NCBI RefSeq assembly: GCF_900182585.1
Contig: NZ_FXTM01000005.1
Location: forward strand, 32,049-96,048
Length of the DNA: 64,000 bases
From: Balnearium lithotrophicum
GTDB taxonomy: Bacteria > Aquificota > Aquificia > Desulfurobacteriales > Desulfurobacteriaceae
Direction: 5' to 3'
Shown: positions 1 to 11,698 of the stretch, piece after piece
Layout of the letters: each line of letters starts with the position of its first letter
Numbering within the stretch: the stretch's first letter is position 1
The notes under the pieces: model-generated
The model's database searches: none
Told to the model about the DNA's origin: nothing
What the model saw: the letters and a program-made list of their open reading frames with translations, nothing else
Translations under genes and position numbers: made by a program

Positions 1-388
1 CGTTACTTCCAATTTCTGTACCTTCACCTATGTACGAAAAGTCACCTATGTAACATTCTTTTCCAATCTTTACATTTTGAGAAATAGTTGCTCTTTCAGA
101 AATTTCCGGCTTTGGGAGATTTTCGGGATAAAATCTCTGAAGGAGCTTGGCAAATACGACGTAGGGCTCCTCGCAGACAACCTGAGGAATTTTTAATCCC
201 TCAATGACACTACCTGTTAAAACTGCCGAGGCTTTTGTTTCCTTGAGGAACCTTTTGTATTTAGGGTTTGTTAAAAACGTTAAGTCACCTTTCTTTGCCC
301 TGTGAATTTCCGAAATTCCCTCTATTTCAACGTTACCGTCACCTACAAGTTTGCAGTTGTACTCCTTTGCTATCTCCTCTAACTTCAT
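1..388 (-). CDS. lpxD: UDP-3-O-acylglucosamine N-acyltransferase (LpxD). N-terminal part only, as the gene continues past the window edge.
   Basis: Reverse translation from 388 gives MKLEEIAKEYNCKLVGDGNVEIEGISEIH followed by hexapeptide-repeat-like sequence. The position directly downstream of skp and bamA matches the conserved bamA-skp-lpxD order. Its ATG overlaps the skp stop (ATGA). Confidence 0.75.
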   Translation of the reverse strand, partial: MKLEEIAKEYNCKLVGDGNVEIEGISEIHRAKKGDLTFLTNPKYKRFLKETKASAVLTGSVIEGLKIPQVVCEEPYVVFAKLLQRFYPENLPKPEISERATISQNVKIGKECYIGDFSYIGEGTEIGSN

Positions 389-930
389 TTTCCTGCCTGC
401 TCATTGTAGAGCTTGATTATTCTATCTGTTAAATCGTACTTCTCATCGGCAGCTATTACTCCTGCCTCCCTCACCTCAACAATCATAGGAATGTTCTTTT
501 CCTTTCTGTAGTTTTGAATGAGTTTTACAACTTCCTTAATAATTTCGGTTGTGTACTTCCTCTCTAAGTTGGCAACCTCCATCTGAGCATCCTGCTGAAA
601 TCTCTGTAAATCCCTTATCTTCTGCTGAAGCAAATCCTCCTTCTTCTCCTTTTCCTGCTTGCTCAGAACTGGGCTTTGGAGTTCCTGCTTAATCTTCTCA
701 ATCTCCTTCCTCATCTTCTCTATTTTGCTCTTTGCCTGATTAATCTTTGACTCTATTAAGCTCTTTGCCTGCTTACCTTTATTTGATTCATTGATAATTT
801 TCTGCATATCCACGTAGTAAACTGCAAAGTTTTTTACATTTAAGTTCTTTTTCTCCGCTGATAGAGAAATATTTGGATTTACAAATGTTGCCAAAAGTAG
901 AGCTGTAACTGTTAAAAGCCCCTTTCTCAT
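385..930 (-). CDS. skp: Periplasmic chaperone Skp (OmpH family)
   Basis: Signal peptide followed by a long, charged coiled-coil region typical of Skp. Located between bamA and lpxD. I prefer the start at 930 (MRKG) because a GGAGG sits 5 nt upstream; the six-frame ORF runs to 942. Confidence 0.8.
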   Translation of the reverse strand: MRKGLLTVTALLLATFVNPNISLSAEKKNLNVKNFAVYYVDMQKIINESNKGKQAKSLIESKINQAKSKIEKMRKEIEKIKQELQSPVLSKQEKEKKEDLLQQKIRDLQRFQQDAQMEVANLERKYTTEIIKEVVKLIQNYRKEKNIPMIVEVREAGVIAADEKYDLTDRIIKLYNEQAGK

Positions 931-945
931 AAAAACCTCCATTAT

Positions 946-3243
946 TTAGAAGTAACTTCCCATTCCAAAGTGCCACTCTGAGGAGCTCTCTCCGCTCCTC
1001 CTGTCAAGCTTCCAACCCAAATCGAGCCTGATTGGTCCCATCGGTGTTAAAACCCTGAGTCCTATACCGGCAGACTTCCTCATATCGCCCAATTTATACT
1101 CGTCCCACCAGCCGCCACCTACATCGATGAAGCCTATGAGCCTCAACATCCTTGTTACATCGTAGCCTAATTCAAAATTGAAAATTAACTCCCTGTTTGC
1201 ACCTTCAGGGTCACCATTTCTGTCCTTAGGACCGGCCTCACCCCACTTGAATCCCCTAACGCTCGTATCACCTCCAACGTAGAACCTATAATCAATGGGA
1301 AGTTTACTCGTATTTCCAAAGGCATCTGCATAACCTACTTTCGCGTGGACCGATGCAATGAAGGGGAGCTCCCAATCAACAGGCAGGTCGTTAAAGTTAA
1401 AGTAGTAAGCATACTCACCAACTAACTTGTAAAAGTCCTTATCCCCACCTAAGAAGTTTCCTGCCAACTGAGTGGTTAATTTAAAGTAATCCCCTTTATG
1501 GGGTAAGAACTTATTATCCCTTAAGTCCCTTGAAACAAAAAAGGTTGACATTCCTATTGTTTCCGTTCCTTCCTCATCCTTGACAATTTCAGGGGCATCC
1601 TCATCGATATCCGTAATCTTGTCCCTCTCTATCAGGTATCCCAATCCTACCTTCCAGTCCTCCCACAGTCTCCTACTTACGAGAGCTGAAACACCTGTCT
1701 TTTTCGAAGTGTACGTAAAGTACTCATACCTATTGTTGTAAGCACTCGTAGAGAGAGTCTGCGGTCTATCCAGCCACCACCTGTGGTTGTAGTTGATGTA
1801 GAAGTCCAAAACCCTTGAACCAAACTGTAGGTTAACAGAGCCTGAGTCTCCCGTTCCAAAGAGGTTACCCTTTGAAACACTTACCATTCCAACAAGCTTT
1901 GAAACAGAACTGTAACCTGCTCCTACTGAAAATACTCCCGTCAATCTCTCCTTAACATTAACTTTTACATCAACTTTGTTGCTCCCTCCTACTACTTTTG
2001 GCTTAACATCAACATTTTCAAAATATCCTGTATTGAACAGTCTCCTAATAGACCTTTCAAGGCGTACCGTGTTGAATATCCCAGTTTCGTAGAGGTCCAA
2101 CTCTCTTCTTATTGTTCTGTCTCTCGTTGCAACGTTACCGGTTATGTTAATCCACCTAACGTAGGCTCTTTCTCCTTCATATATGTAAAAAGTGACATCT
2201 GCCGTATGTTTTTCCCTGTTGAGGGAAACCTCTGGAGATACATTTGCAAATATAAAGCCAATCTCTCCGTACTTTCTAACGATTTTCCTTTTTAGTTTCT
2301 CAATCTCCTTCTGGTTGTACCTCTTACCGGGGCGAATTCTCTTATCCAACTTTAGAAAGTCCTTTGAGGAGAACAGTTTGTTTCCAACAAACCTGATTCT
2401 GCCAAACCTGTAAGGCTTTCCCTCTCTAAGTATCCTGTAAACTACCTTGTAGCAGGAGTTACCCATACTGACGACTTCTGGTTCTCCTATCTCAACGTCC
2501 AAGTATCCCCTTTCCTTGTAGAGCTCCTCTATCCTCTTAACGTCCTCCTCAAGGTTTTCCCTTGAAAGGGGTGCATTAAACCTCAAGTGGAGAATGGATT
2601 TCTCCTTTGTTAGAAGGACATCTTTTATATCACCGGAGCTAATCTTTTTATTTCCCTTAATTTCTATCTCACATACGTTTGCTTTCCTTCCTTCGTTTAT
2701 AATAAACGTAACAACAGCCCTTGTGGGAGAAATCCTGTCTATTGTATAGTAGACCTCAGTTCCGGGGAAACCTTTCTTGAGGTAAATCTCCTGGATTTTC
2801 TCCTTTAGAGTATCCAAGTACTTGTAATCAAGAGGCTTTTTAAGTTTAGTCTCCTCTCCCTCTTCAGTTACAAGTCCCAGTTCTTCCTTCAGTTTTTTAC
2901 TCGATATGGACGAGTTTCCCTTGAATACAATATCCGTGATAATGGGTTTCTCCTTGACAAAGTATCTTAAGATAAGTCCCCTCTTTCCTTCCTTTACATC
3001 GACAGATATGTTTTCAAAATACCCCAATTTAAAGAGTCTCTTTATGTCTTCGGATACTGCTTTAGGGGAAAATTCCCTTCCAGGTTTTTCAGATATGTAG
3101 TAAAGAATCGTACTTTTGGGAACGGATTCATTACCTATAATTTCAACTTTTTCTATAATTTTTTCCTTCTCTGTAGCTTGAGAATATCCGGAAAAGGCAG
3201 TGATTAACGTTAAAAACAGTACTATGATTAGCCTCAATTCCAC
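946..3243 (-). CDS. bamA: Outer membrane protein assembly factor BamA (POTRA repeats plus C-terminal beta-barrel)
   Basis: 765 aa with a signal peptide, repeated POTRA-like segments and a C-terminal Omp85 barrel ending in aromatic residues (GSYF). The start appears to be GTG at 3243. Confidence 0.9.
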   Translation of the reverse strand: MELRLIIVLFLTLITAFSGYSQATEKEKIIEKVEIIGNESVPKSTILYYISEKPGREFSPKAVSEDIKRLFKLGYFENISVDVKEGKRGLILRYFVKEKPIITDIVFKGNSSISSKKLKEELGLVTEEGEETKLKKPLDYKYLDTLKEKIQEIYLKKGFPGTEVYYTIDRISPTRAVVTFIINEGRKANVCEIEIKGNKKISSGDIKDVLLTKEKSILHLRFNAPLSRENLEEDVKRIEELYKERGYLDVEIGEPEVVSMGNSCYKVVYRILREGKPYRFGRIRFVGNKLFSSKDFLKLDKRIRPGKRYNQKEIEKLKRKIVRKYGEIGFIFANVSPEVSLNREKHTADVTFYIYEGERAYVRWINITGNVATRDRTIRRELDLYETGIFNTVRLERSIRRLFNTGYFENVDVKPKVVGGSNKVDVKVNVKERLTGVFSVGAGYSSVSKLVGMVSVSKGNLFGTGDSGSVNLQFGSRVLDFYINYNHRWWLDRPQTLSTSAYNNRYEYFTYTSKKTGVSALVSRRLWEDWKVGLGYLIERDKITDIDEDAPEIVKDEEGTETIGMSTFFVSRDLRDNKFLPHKGDYFKLTTQLAGNFLGGDKDFYKLVGEYAYYFNFNDLPVDWELPFIASVHAKVGYADAFGNTSKLPIDYRFYVGGDTSVRGFKWGEAGPKDRNGDPEGANRELIFNFELGYDVTRMLRLIGFIDVGGGWWDEYKLGDMRKSAGIGLRVLTPMGPIRLDLGWKLDRRSGESSSEWHFGMGSYF

Positions 3244-3251
3244 CCCCGATT

Positions 3252-4421
3252 CTAATCGTCGGTGCTAATAATACCACACCTCCTTGGCAGAATAATAGAA
3301 AAGCAAGAGCCCTTTCCCTCTTCACTTTCAACCCTTACCTTTCCCCCTAACTTTTCTACGGCTAATTTAACGATTGATAGACCTAATCCCGTTCCTCCCA
3401 TTTTCCTTGACCTTGACTTCTCTACTCTGTAGAACCTCTCAAATATGAAGGGAATGTGTGACTTTGGAATTCCAACGCCGGTATCACACACTCTCACTTC
3501 ATCCTCATTCTGGTGTTTTATGTAGGTTATTTCAACCCTTCCCCCATCTCTGTTGTACTTTACTGCATTGTCTATTAAATTCTTGAGTGCTGCATGGAGG
3601 AGTTTTCTGTCTGCACAAACCTCAGTATTTTCATCAACGTTGACAGAAAATGTTATACCTCTTTTCTCAGCTATTTCCATTAGATGGCTTGTAATACTGT
3701 TTATAATTGGTAAAAGTTTCAATTTTTTCGGCTTTAACGTTAAATTTGTGCTTTCAAGGAGGGAAAGGGTTATAAGGTCTTCGATTAACTGTTCCATGTA
3801 TTCTATCCTCTCCTGAGCTTTTTTTATGTATTTAATCGCCCTTTCGTTTCTTCTACAAACATCCTCTAAAGTTTCTAAGGATATCTTAAGTGCTGCAAGT
3901 GGGGTTTTAAGCTCATGAGAAGCATTAGCTATGAAGTTCTTCTTTAAGTTTTCGTACTTTCTCATCGGTGTCTGGTCAATTAGGAGGAGAACTTTTTCAT
4001 CGAGGTCTGAACCAAAAATAACTTGAACGTATCTATCGTTAATTTTCTTATCGTTCCATACTCTGTAACTTTCGTTGAAGGCCTCGTTTATCAGTGATAC
4101 TACGTCGAAATTTTTTATTACCTGGTAAAAAAATTTGCCTGTATCGTTCTCATCTATTCCAAGGAGTTCCCTTGCAAACCTGTTTGTAAATACGATTCTT
4201 CCGTAAGGGTCCATAATAACAATTCCTTCCTTTATAAGGCTGAGAGCTCTACCAAGTAACTTTGACCTATCTATGTATTGAGCTTTTTTTTCCTTTTTCT
4301 TTTCCTCTCTAACCCTGAAAAGGACTTCTTCCCTCTTTCTCTTTTCCCTAACGGCAATTCCCATGAAAATTACCATGAGAAAAAAGGAAAAGAGAAAAAG
4401 CGCTAAAAAGAGCCCACTCAA
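3252..4421 (-). CDS. Sensor histidine kinase (N-terminal TM helix, PAS domain, HisKA, HATPase_c). No response regulator lies next to it.
   Basis: H-box ASHELKTPL, N-box NLIDNAVKYN, and G-boxes DTGVGIP and GGTGLGLSIV. A PAS-like segment follows a single N-terminal TM helix. TTG start at 4421. Confidence 0.85.
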   Translation of the reverse strand: MSGLFLALFLFSFFLMVIFMGIAVREKRKREEVLFRVREEKKKEKKAQYIDRSKLLGRALSLIKEGIVIMDPYGRIVFTNRFARELLGIDENDTGKFFYQVIKNFDVVSLINEAFNESYRVWNDKKINDRYVQVIFGSDLDEKVLLLIDQTPMRKYENLKKNFIANASHELKTPLAALKISLETLEDVCRRNERAIKYIKKAQERIEYMEQLIEDLITLSLLESTNLTLKPKKLKLLPIINSITSHLMEIAEKRGITFSVNVDENTEVCADRKLLHAALKNLIDNAVKYNRDGGRVEITYIKHQNEDEVRVCDTGVGIPKSHIPFIFERFYRVEKSRSRKMGGTGLGLSIVKLAVEKLGGKVRVESEEGKGSCFSIILPRRCGIISTDD

Positions 4422-4451
4422 TACCTCTGTTTGTTATCGTCTAAAGAATAG

Positions 4452-6108
<1,657 letters not shown>

Positions 6109-6940
6109 CTTGCAGCCGTTACGATTTTACTCGTTGAAACGAAATCCACAGGTAAATTCCTGATTTTTGGAAGCCTATCTATCGTTATTCCACCTGAGAG
6201 CTCTATTCTTACTTCCTCCTTCTTCTCCTTTATCCTTTTTACACCTTTCTCAACGTCCTCATCCCTCCAATTGTCAAGCATAACTATATCAACGAGCTCA
6301 ATGACCTTTATTAAATCCTCTATCTGCTCCATATTTTCAACTTCCACCTCAATCTTTGTAGTTACAGGAATGTTTTTAGAAATTTCCCTTACAGCCCTTT
6401 CGATACTTCCAAATGCCTTAATGTGATTGTCCTTTACCATAACTGCATCGTAAAGGCCAAACCTGTGGTTGAGAGCTCCTCCAACCTTAGTTGCATACTT
6501 TTCAAGAACCCTTAGTCCTGGGGTTGTCTTCCTCGTATCAAGAAGCTTAATCTTTGAACCCTTTAACCCATCTACATACTTCCTTGTCTCGGTAGCTATT
6601 CCTGAAAGCCTTTGAACAATGTTTAAGGACGTTCTTTCTCCCGTTAGAATTACCTTTAAGTTTCCCTCCATCTCACAGATAACGTCACCCTTCTTAAAGG
6701 GTTTTCCCTCCTCAATGTACCAATTAAAAGAGATTTCCTTAGATAGAACCCTGTAAACCATTTCGAAAAATGGAGCCCCGCAGAAAATTCCGCCTTCCTT
6801 AGCTATTAGACAGGCCTTACCTGAAATGTCTGAAAGGGAGGAGGTGGTAATGTCTCCCAAGTAACCTAAATCCTCGTTTAAAAAGTTTAGAATTAAGTTT
6901 TTAACGTAGAGCTCATTCATTAAAACCCTCCGGAGGAAGT

Positions 6941-7480
6941 ATGGTAAATATACCCAATATAATAACCTTAATCAGAATATTTTTAGTTCCGGTATTCATC
7001 ATGTCCGTATTCTACGGAAAATTTAAAGAAGCTTTAAGTATTTTCTTCTTCGCAGCCTTAAGCGATGCACTGGATGGATTTTTAGCGAGAAAGTTCAACA
7101 AGGTAACAATGTTGGGAGTAATATTGGACCCCCTTGCCGACAAGGCACTTATAGATTCCGGCTATTTCCTTCTCTCCTACACGGGAAAGTACATTCCTAT
7201 CTGGCTAACAGTTATAGTTTTAAGTAGGGACGTTTTAATACTAATGGGAAGCTGGATTCTTTCAATCTTTAACAAAATGGATAGGATTAAGCCTACCTAT
7301 TTAGGAAAGGCTACTGCATTTCTGCAGTTCTTCACACTTCTTGCAACCCTTCTAAAACTCAACTGTGGTTTTCCAAATGGTAGTATTTTAGGTGTACTGT
7401 TTTTTACCACTGCAATTTTTACAGTTGCTTCAGCTCTCCAATATACCTATAGGGGGATTAAGGAGCTAAACGGTGCGTAA
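6941..7480 (+). CDS. pgsA: CDP-alcohol phosphatidyltransferase (CDP-diacylglycerol--glycerol-3-phosphate 3-phosphatidyltransferase-like)
   Basis: Motif DALDGFLAR...G...D...D (DALDGFLARKFNKVTMLGVILDPLADK) in a multi-TM protein. Confidence 0.8.
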   Translation: MVNIPNIITLIRIFLVPVFIMSVFYGKFKEALSIFFFAALSDALDGFLARKFNKVTMLGVILDPLADKALIDSGYFLLSYTGKYIPIWLTVIVLSRDVLILMGSWILSIFNKMDRIKPTYLGKATAFLQFFTLLATLLKLNCGFPNGSILGVLFFTTAIFTVASALQYTYRGIKELNGA

Positions 7481-8537
7481 CTATCTTACCGAAATTTATC
7501 TTACATCAACGGTAATTCTCCTTCTAATTTTACTATTTCTGTTCGAACCGGCCCTCTTGCCATTCTTCATCGCTTCTGCAGTAGCCTACGTGTTCTATCC
7601 GGTTTTCCTCTTCTTTAACAATTTAACGGGAAATAGAAGGAGATTCTCAGCGTTTTTGACTTTACTCACAATGTTTTTAGTCCTTTCCTTTGCACTGTTT
7701 ATTCTGATTCCATCGATAATTGAGCAGATTCAGAGTTTCCTAAATTTCCTCCCAATCCTGTTTGAAAAATTGGATTCATTCTTTATTAAATTTTTCGGCA
7801 AGCATTTCCCACTTCTACACCCGTTCAAACTTACAACATTGAAGGAAATAATCAACGAAATTTATCAGAAATTTGGAACTATTCCAATAGCAAACCTAAT
7901 TTCAAAACTCTTTTCTGGATTTTTTTCTGCAATATCAATTATTATTAATCTGATTGTTATTCCGTTCCTCACCTACTACCTTCTCATAAATTCCAGAAAA
8001 ATTGTTAGAATTTATCTGTTAATCGCTCCCTGTTCAATTCAGAAGGAGTTAAAACTACTCCTCCAGAAAGTCCACAGCTCCCTTTCAAGCTATCTAATAG
8101 GCCAGATGGCAGTTGCCCTCTTTGTCGGTCTCTACATTGCAATAGGACTCCTTTTTGTCGGTATCAAGTACTCACTGCTCATTGGCTTTGTTGCAGGAGT
8201 CCTCAACATGATACCTTACGTGGGTTTCTTTTCAGGCCTTGTACCATCACTACTCCTGGCTATCTTTGACAACGGAACACTTGAAGCAGTGATTGGAGTT
8301 CTTACAGTCTTTTTAACGGAGGTGGGGCTCGAAAATCTCATATATCCGTTAATTATGAGCAGAACAACGGGAGTCAACCCTATACTCATCCTACTCTCCA
8401 TATTCTTGGGAGGTTACTTAGGCGGTCTTTTAGGTATTGTAATTGGAGTTCCCTTAGCTGTTATTTTGGTTCCCATTTTTGAAAGCTTTATAGAAAAGAA
8501 GGAGAGGTTAAAGAGTGCTTGTGGGAGTAACGGGTAA
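7473..8537 (+). CDS. AI-2E family transporter (PerM/YhhT-like permease)
   Basis: 354-aa polytopic membrane protein with a hydrophobicity pattern and length typical of the AI-2E family. Overlaps the pgsA stop. Confidence 0.55.
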   Translation: MRNYLTEIYLTSTVILLLILLFLFEPALLPFFIASAVAYVFYPVFLFFNNLTGNRRRFSAFLTLLTMFLVLSFALFILIPSIIEQIQSFLNFLPILFEKLDSFFIKFFGKHFPLLHPFKLTTLKEIINEIYQKFGTIPIANLISKLFSGFFSAISIIINLIVIPFLTYYLLINSRKIVRIYLLIAPCSIQKELKLLLQKVHSSLSSYLIGQMAVALFVGLYIAIGLLFVGIKYSLLIGFVAGVLNMIPYVGFFSGLVPSLLLAIFDNGTLEAVIGVLTVFLTEVGLENLIYPLIMSRTTGVNPILILLSIFLGGYLGGLLGIVIGVPLAVILVPIFESFIEKKERLKSACGSNG

Positions 8538-9078
8538 CATCGGTTCCGGGAAGTCAACTCTATGTAAATTTTTAGAACTTGAGGGCTTTCCTGTATTTTA
8601 TGCAGACATCATCGGAAAGAGGGCCTTATACAGAGTGAAGGAAAAACTGTTAGAAACCTTTGGTAGTGAAATTTTCAAAGAAAAAGGGGAGATTGATACT
8701 AAAAAGATTTCAAGTATCGTATTCTCCTCACCGAAAAAGTTGAAAACTCTTACAGAAATAACACACCCGTTGATAAAAGAGGAAATATTGAGAATAAGGG
8801 ACGAGTTTTCTGACGAGGTTGTATTTGTTGAAGCTGCAGTTCTAATAGAGGCAGGCTGGATGGATATCTGCGATAAAATTGTTTTGGTTTTTGCATACAG
8901 AGGACAGAGAATTCTAAGGGCTTCGAGGAAGTTTGGCTTAAGGGAAACTTTAAGGAGGGATTCCCTTCAAAAACCCTACAGTGAAAAGTTAAAATATGCC
9001 GACTACTTAATCTGCAATACGGGGGATTTAATCCACCTGAAGGAGCAGACAATTTCCCTACTGAAGGAGCTCCAATGA
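8515..9078 (+). CDS. coaE: Dephospho-CoA kinase
   Basis: P-loop GVTGNIGSGKST at the N-terminus and a length of about 190 aa. Confidence 0.85.
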   Translation: MLVGVTGNIGSGKSTLCKFLELEGFPVFYADIIGKRALYRVKEKLLETFGSEIFKEKGEIDTKKISSIVFSSPKKLKTLTEITHPLIKEEILRIRDEFSDEVVFVEAAVLIEAGWMDICDKIVLVFAYRGQRILRASRKFGLRETLRRDSLQKPYSEKLKYADYLICNTGDLIHLKEQTISLLKELQ

Positions 9079-9884
9079 GAATTTTACTGGTGGGAGATGT
9101 TGTAGGAAGGCCGGGGAGGAGAGCTCTCCACCTCTACCTTGAGGAGAACAGGAATAAGTTTGACGTATGTATAGCAAACGGTGAAAACGCAGCAGGGGGA
9201 TTTGGGTTAACAGAGAAGATTGTCAATAAGCTACTTTCTTACGGTGTAAACGTTATAACTGGGGGAAACCACACGTTTGACAAAAAGGAAATTTACCAGT
9301 TCATAGATAAGTATCCGATTCTAAGACCGGCAAACTATCCTGAGGGAGCTCCGGGAAGGGGATTTCTAACCTTTGATTTTGAGGGTACAAAAATCTCAGT
9401 TATCAACCTCATGGGTAGGGTATTTATGGAGTGCCTCGATAACCCATTTAGGAAGTTCGATGAAATTTACGAGAGTAACGAAGCGGATATCGTTATTGTT
9501 GACTTTCACGGTGAAGCATCATCTGAGAAACAGGCCTTTGGGTTCTACGTGGATGGGAAGGCAACTGCCGTATTTGGAACCCATACACACGTTCAGACCT
9601 CAGACCTGAGAAGGTTACCCTCAGGCACCCTATACATAACGGATGCCGGAATGTGCGGAGCTCTCAACTCAGTAATAGGGATAGAACCTAAAGAGGGAAT
9701 AGAGAGGTTTGTTAAACAGTTACCTGTAAGGTTCAAAGTTCCAGAGAAGGCTGAACTCATTCAGTTCTGCGGTGTTCTCTTTGAAGTCGACGACAGATTC
9801 AGAGTAGTTAGGTATGAGAGAATTTACGAAATATACGAGAGGAGAGAGGATGGCAGTTATACTAGACGGGAAAGCCCTATCTAA
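9075..9884 (+). CDS. ymdB: YmdB-like metallophosphoesterase (TIGR00282 family, 2',3'-cyclic-nucleotide phosphodiesterase)
   Basis: MRILLVGDVVGRPGRRAL N-terminus and GNHTFD, GTHTH metallophosphatase motifs. Confidence 0.8.
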   Translation: MRILLVGDVVGRPGRRALHLYLEENRNKFDVCIANGENAAGGFGLTEKIVNKLLSYGVNVITGGNHTFDKKEIYQFIDKYPILRPANYPEGAPGRGFLTFDFEGTKISVINLMGRVFMECLDNPFRKFDEIYESNEADIVIVDFHGEASSEKQAFGFYVDGKATAVFGTHTHVQTSDLRRLPSGTLYITDAGMCGALNSVIGIEPKEGIERFVKQLPVRFKVPEKAELIQFCGVLFEVDDRFRVVRYERIYEIYERREDGSYTRRESPI

Positions 9885-10707
9885 AAAGATAAGAAACTCT
9901 TTGAAGAATGAGGTTAAGGAACTGAAGGAAAAATTTGGAAGACCTCCCTCTTTAGCAGTTGTACTGGTTGGAAACAACCCTGCAAGTGAAATTTACGTGA
10001 GGAACAAGATAAAGGCCTGCAGTGAAGTGGGGATAGATTCCATAGACAGAAGGCTTCCCGAGACGGTAACACAGGAGGAGCTTAACTCCATTGTAAAGGA
10101 GCTGAACGAAGACCCCAACGTTGATGGAATAATCGTTCAACTTCCACTTCCCAACGGTCTGTCCTGCAGGGAGGTTGTCAACTACATATCACCTGAGAAG
10201 GACGTTGATGGCTTCCACCCCGTTAATGTTGGAAAGTGTACTTTGGGGCTGTACGACCAGGGACTAATGCCGTGCACTCCTGCAGGCGTTATGAAGTTTT
10301 TTGAGGAGTACAATATCCCACTACAGGGAAAGAACGCAGTAATGGTTGGTCACAGTAACATAGTCGGAAAACCCCTTGCAAATATGCTGATAAATGCAAA
10401 TGCAACGGTTTCTGTCTGCCACGTCTATACTAAGGACCTTTCCCACTACACAAGGTACGCAGACGTACTCTGCGTTGCTACAGGTGTTCCAGGCCTAATA
10501 AAGGCAGACATGGTTAAGGAGGGAGCTGTAGTCATTGATATAGGAATCAGCAGGGTAAATGGTAAGATTGTTGGTGATGTCGATTTTGAGGGTGTAAAGG
10601 AGAAGGTCTCAGCAATAACTCCAGTTCCTGGAGGAGTAGGACCTATGACGATTACGATGCTCCTTTACAATACGGTAAAAGCCTTTAAGATGAGGAACGG
10701 TATTTGA
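9850..10707 (+). CDS. folD: Bifunctional methylenetetrahydrofolate dehydrogenase/cyclohydrolase
   Basis: MAVILDGKALSKKIR start, VGNNPAS..YVRNK motif and a C-terminal PVPGGVGPMT. RBS GGAGAGAGGA before the ATG at 9850. Confidence 0.9.
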   Translation: MAVILDGKALSKKIRNSLKNEVKELKEKFGRPPSLAVVLVGNNPASEIYVRNKIKACSEVGIDSIDRRLPETVTQEELNSIVKELNEDPNVDGIIVQLPLPNGLSCREVVNYISPEKDVDGFHPVNVGKCTLGLYDQGLMPCTPAGVMKFFEEYNIPLQGKNAVMVGHSNIVGKPLANMLINANATVSVCHVYTKDLSHYTRYADVLCVATGVPGLIKADMVKEGAVVIDIGISRVNGKIVGDVDFEGVKEKVSAITPVPGGVGPMTITMLLYNTVKAFKMRNGI

Positions 10708-10898
10708 AGGTAATCCCCTACGTTGATAACGAAAAGTGTATCGGTTGTAAAATCTGTGAGGAGGTTTGTCCTCACGGAGTATTTGTCATGAGTGAGAGCA
10801 AGGCAGTGGTTATGTATCCCGAAAGGTGTAACGGTTGTGGTCTCTGTGTGGAGAACTGTCCTGTCGATGCCATAACGTTGAAGTGGACAGACCTGTAG
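10704..10898 (+). CDS. Small 2x[4Fe-4S] ferredoxin
   Basis: Two CxxCxxCxxxCP motifs (CIGCKICEEVCP and CNGCGLCVENCP) in 64 aa. Overlaps the folD stop by 4 nt. Confidence 0.8.
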   Translation: MKVIPYVDNEKCIGCKICEEVCPHGVFVMSESKAVVMYPERCNGCGLCVENCPVDAITLKWTDL

Positions 10899-10910
10899 AA
10901 GGAGAGAAAA

Positions 10911-11372
10911 ATGATTTTTCTACTTAAGTCCATTTATCTTTACTCAATTTCTCTGTGGGTAGGAGCTCTCTTCTTCTTTACTGCAGTTGGAGCTCCATTG
11001 GCATTTAGAGTACTTCCCAAGGAGGAGGCTGGAAAGTACACAGGAGCCGTCTTTCCGAAGTACTTCTCCTTAGGATACATTTTTGGAATTTTAGCCCTCC
11101 TCTCGTTCTACCTTTTGGTCAGGGAAAATTTAGGAGTTGTTTCTTCAGTAAACCTACTAATTTTGATATTGATGAACCTGTCCAACTTTATAAACGGCCT
11201 GTTAATCGTTCCAAAGGCGGGAATTCTAAAGGCTGAGTTTTACATGACGAAGGAAAAATCCCTTTACGACAGATTTTTAAAACTCCATGCAGTTTCAATG
11301 GCCCTAAACGGAATAAATGTTATTTTAGGCCTTATGTCTGTCGGTTTAACCTCTCTCTACTTAACATTTTAG
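10911..11372 (+). CDS. DUF4149-like (TMEM205-like) integral membrane protein
   Basis: 153 aa with four predicted TM helices; no recognisable catalytic motifs. Confidence 0.45.
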   Translation: MIFLLKSIYLYSISLWVGALFFFTAVGAPLAFRVLPKEEAGKYTGAVFPKYFSLGYIFGILALLSFYLLVRENLGVVSSVNLLILILMNLSNFINGLLIVPKAGILKAEFYMTKEKSLYDRFLKLHAVSMALNGINVILGLMSVGLTSLYLTF

Positions 11373-11380
11373 GGGAAGCA

Positions 11381-11698
11381 ATGACTTTAAAGCAGTACTT
11401 TTACTCAGTTGTTGTAACTTCAATTGTTTTAGCCGTTTCCCTCTTTGCCCTTCAGAACTTTCAGGATGTTGAGGTTACAATTCCATTCATCGGTGTTTTT
11501 AAAACAAAGCTCTTTGTTGTTATAGTTTTCTCCTTTTTTTCCGGATTTTTAACTGCCGGATTTCTCTCACTCATATTTAAGATTTTTTCAATTCCTTCAA
11601 ACATAAAACGAAAAAGGGAAAAGAACGTTGAGGATAGACCAGTTTCTAAAGGTAGCGAGAATAGTAAAGAGGAGAAGTCTGGCAAAGGAGCTCTGTGA
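11381..11698 (+). CDS. Small two-TM membrane protein (LapA/DUF1049-like) with a lysine-rich tail
   Basis: Two hydrophobic helices followed by a KRKREK...charged tail. The 3' end overlaps the next gene by 71 nt. Confidence 0.4.
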   Translation: MTLKQYFYSVVVTSIVLAVSLFALQNFQDVEVTIPFIGVFKTKLFVVIVFSFFSGFLTAGFLSLIFKIFSIPSNIKRKREKNVEDRPVSKGSENSKEEKSGKGAL

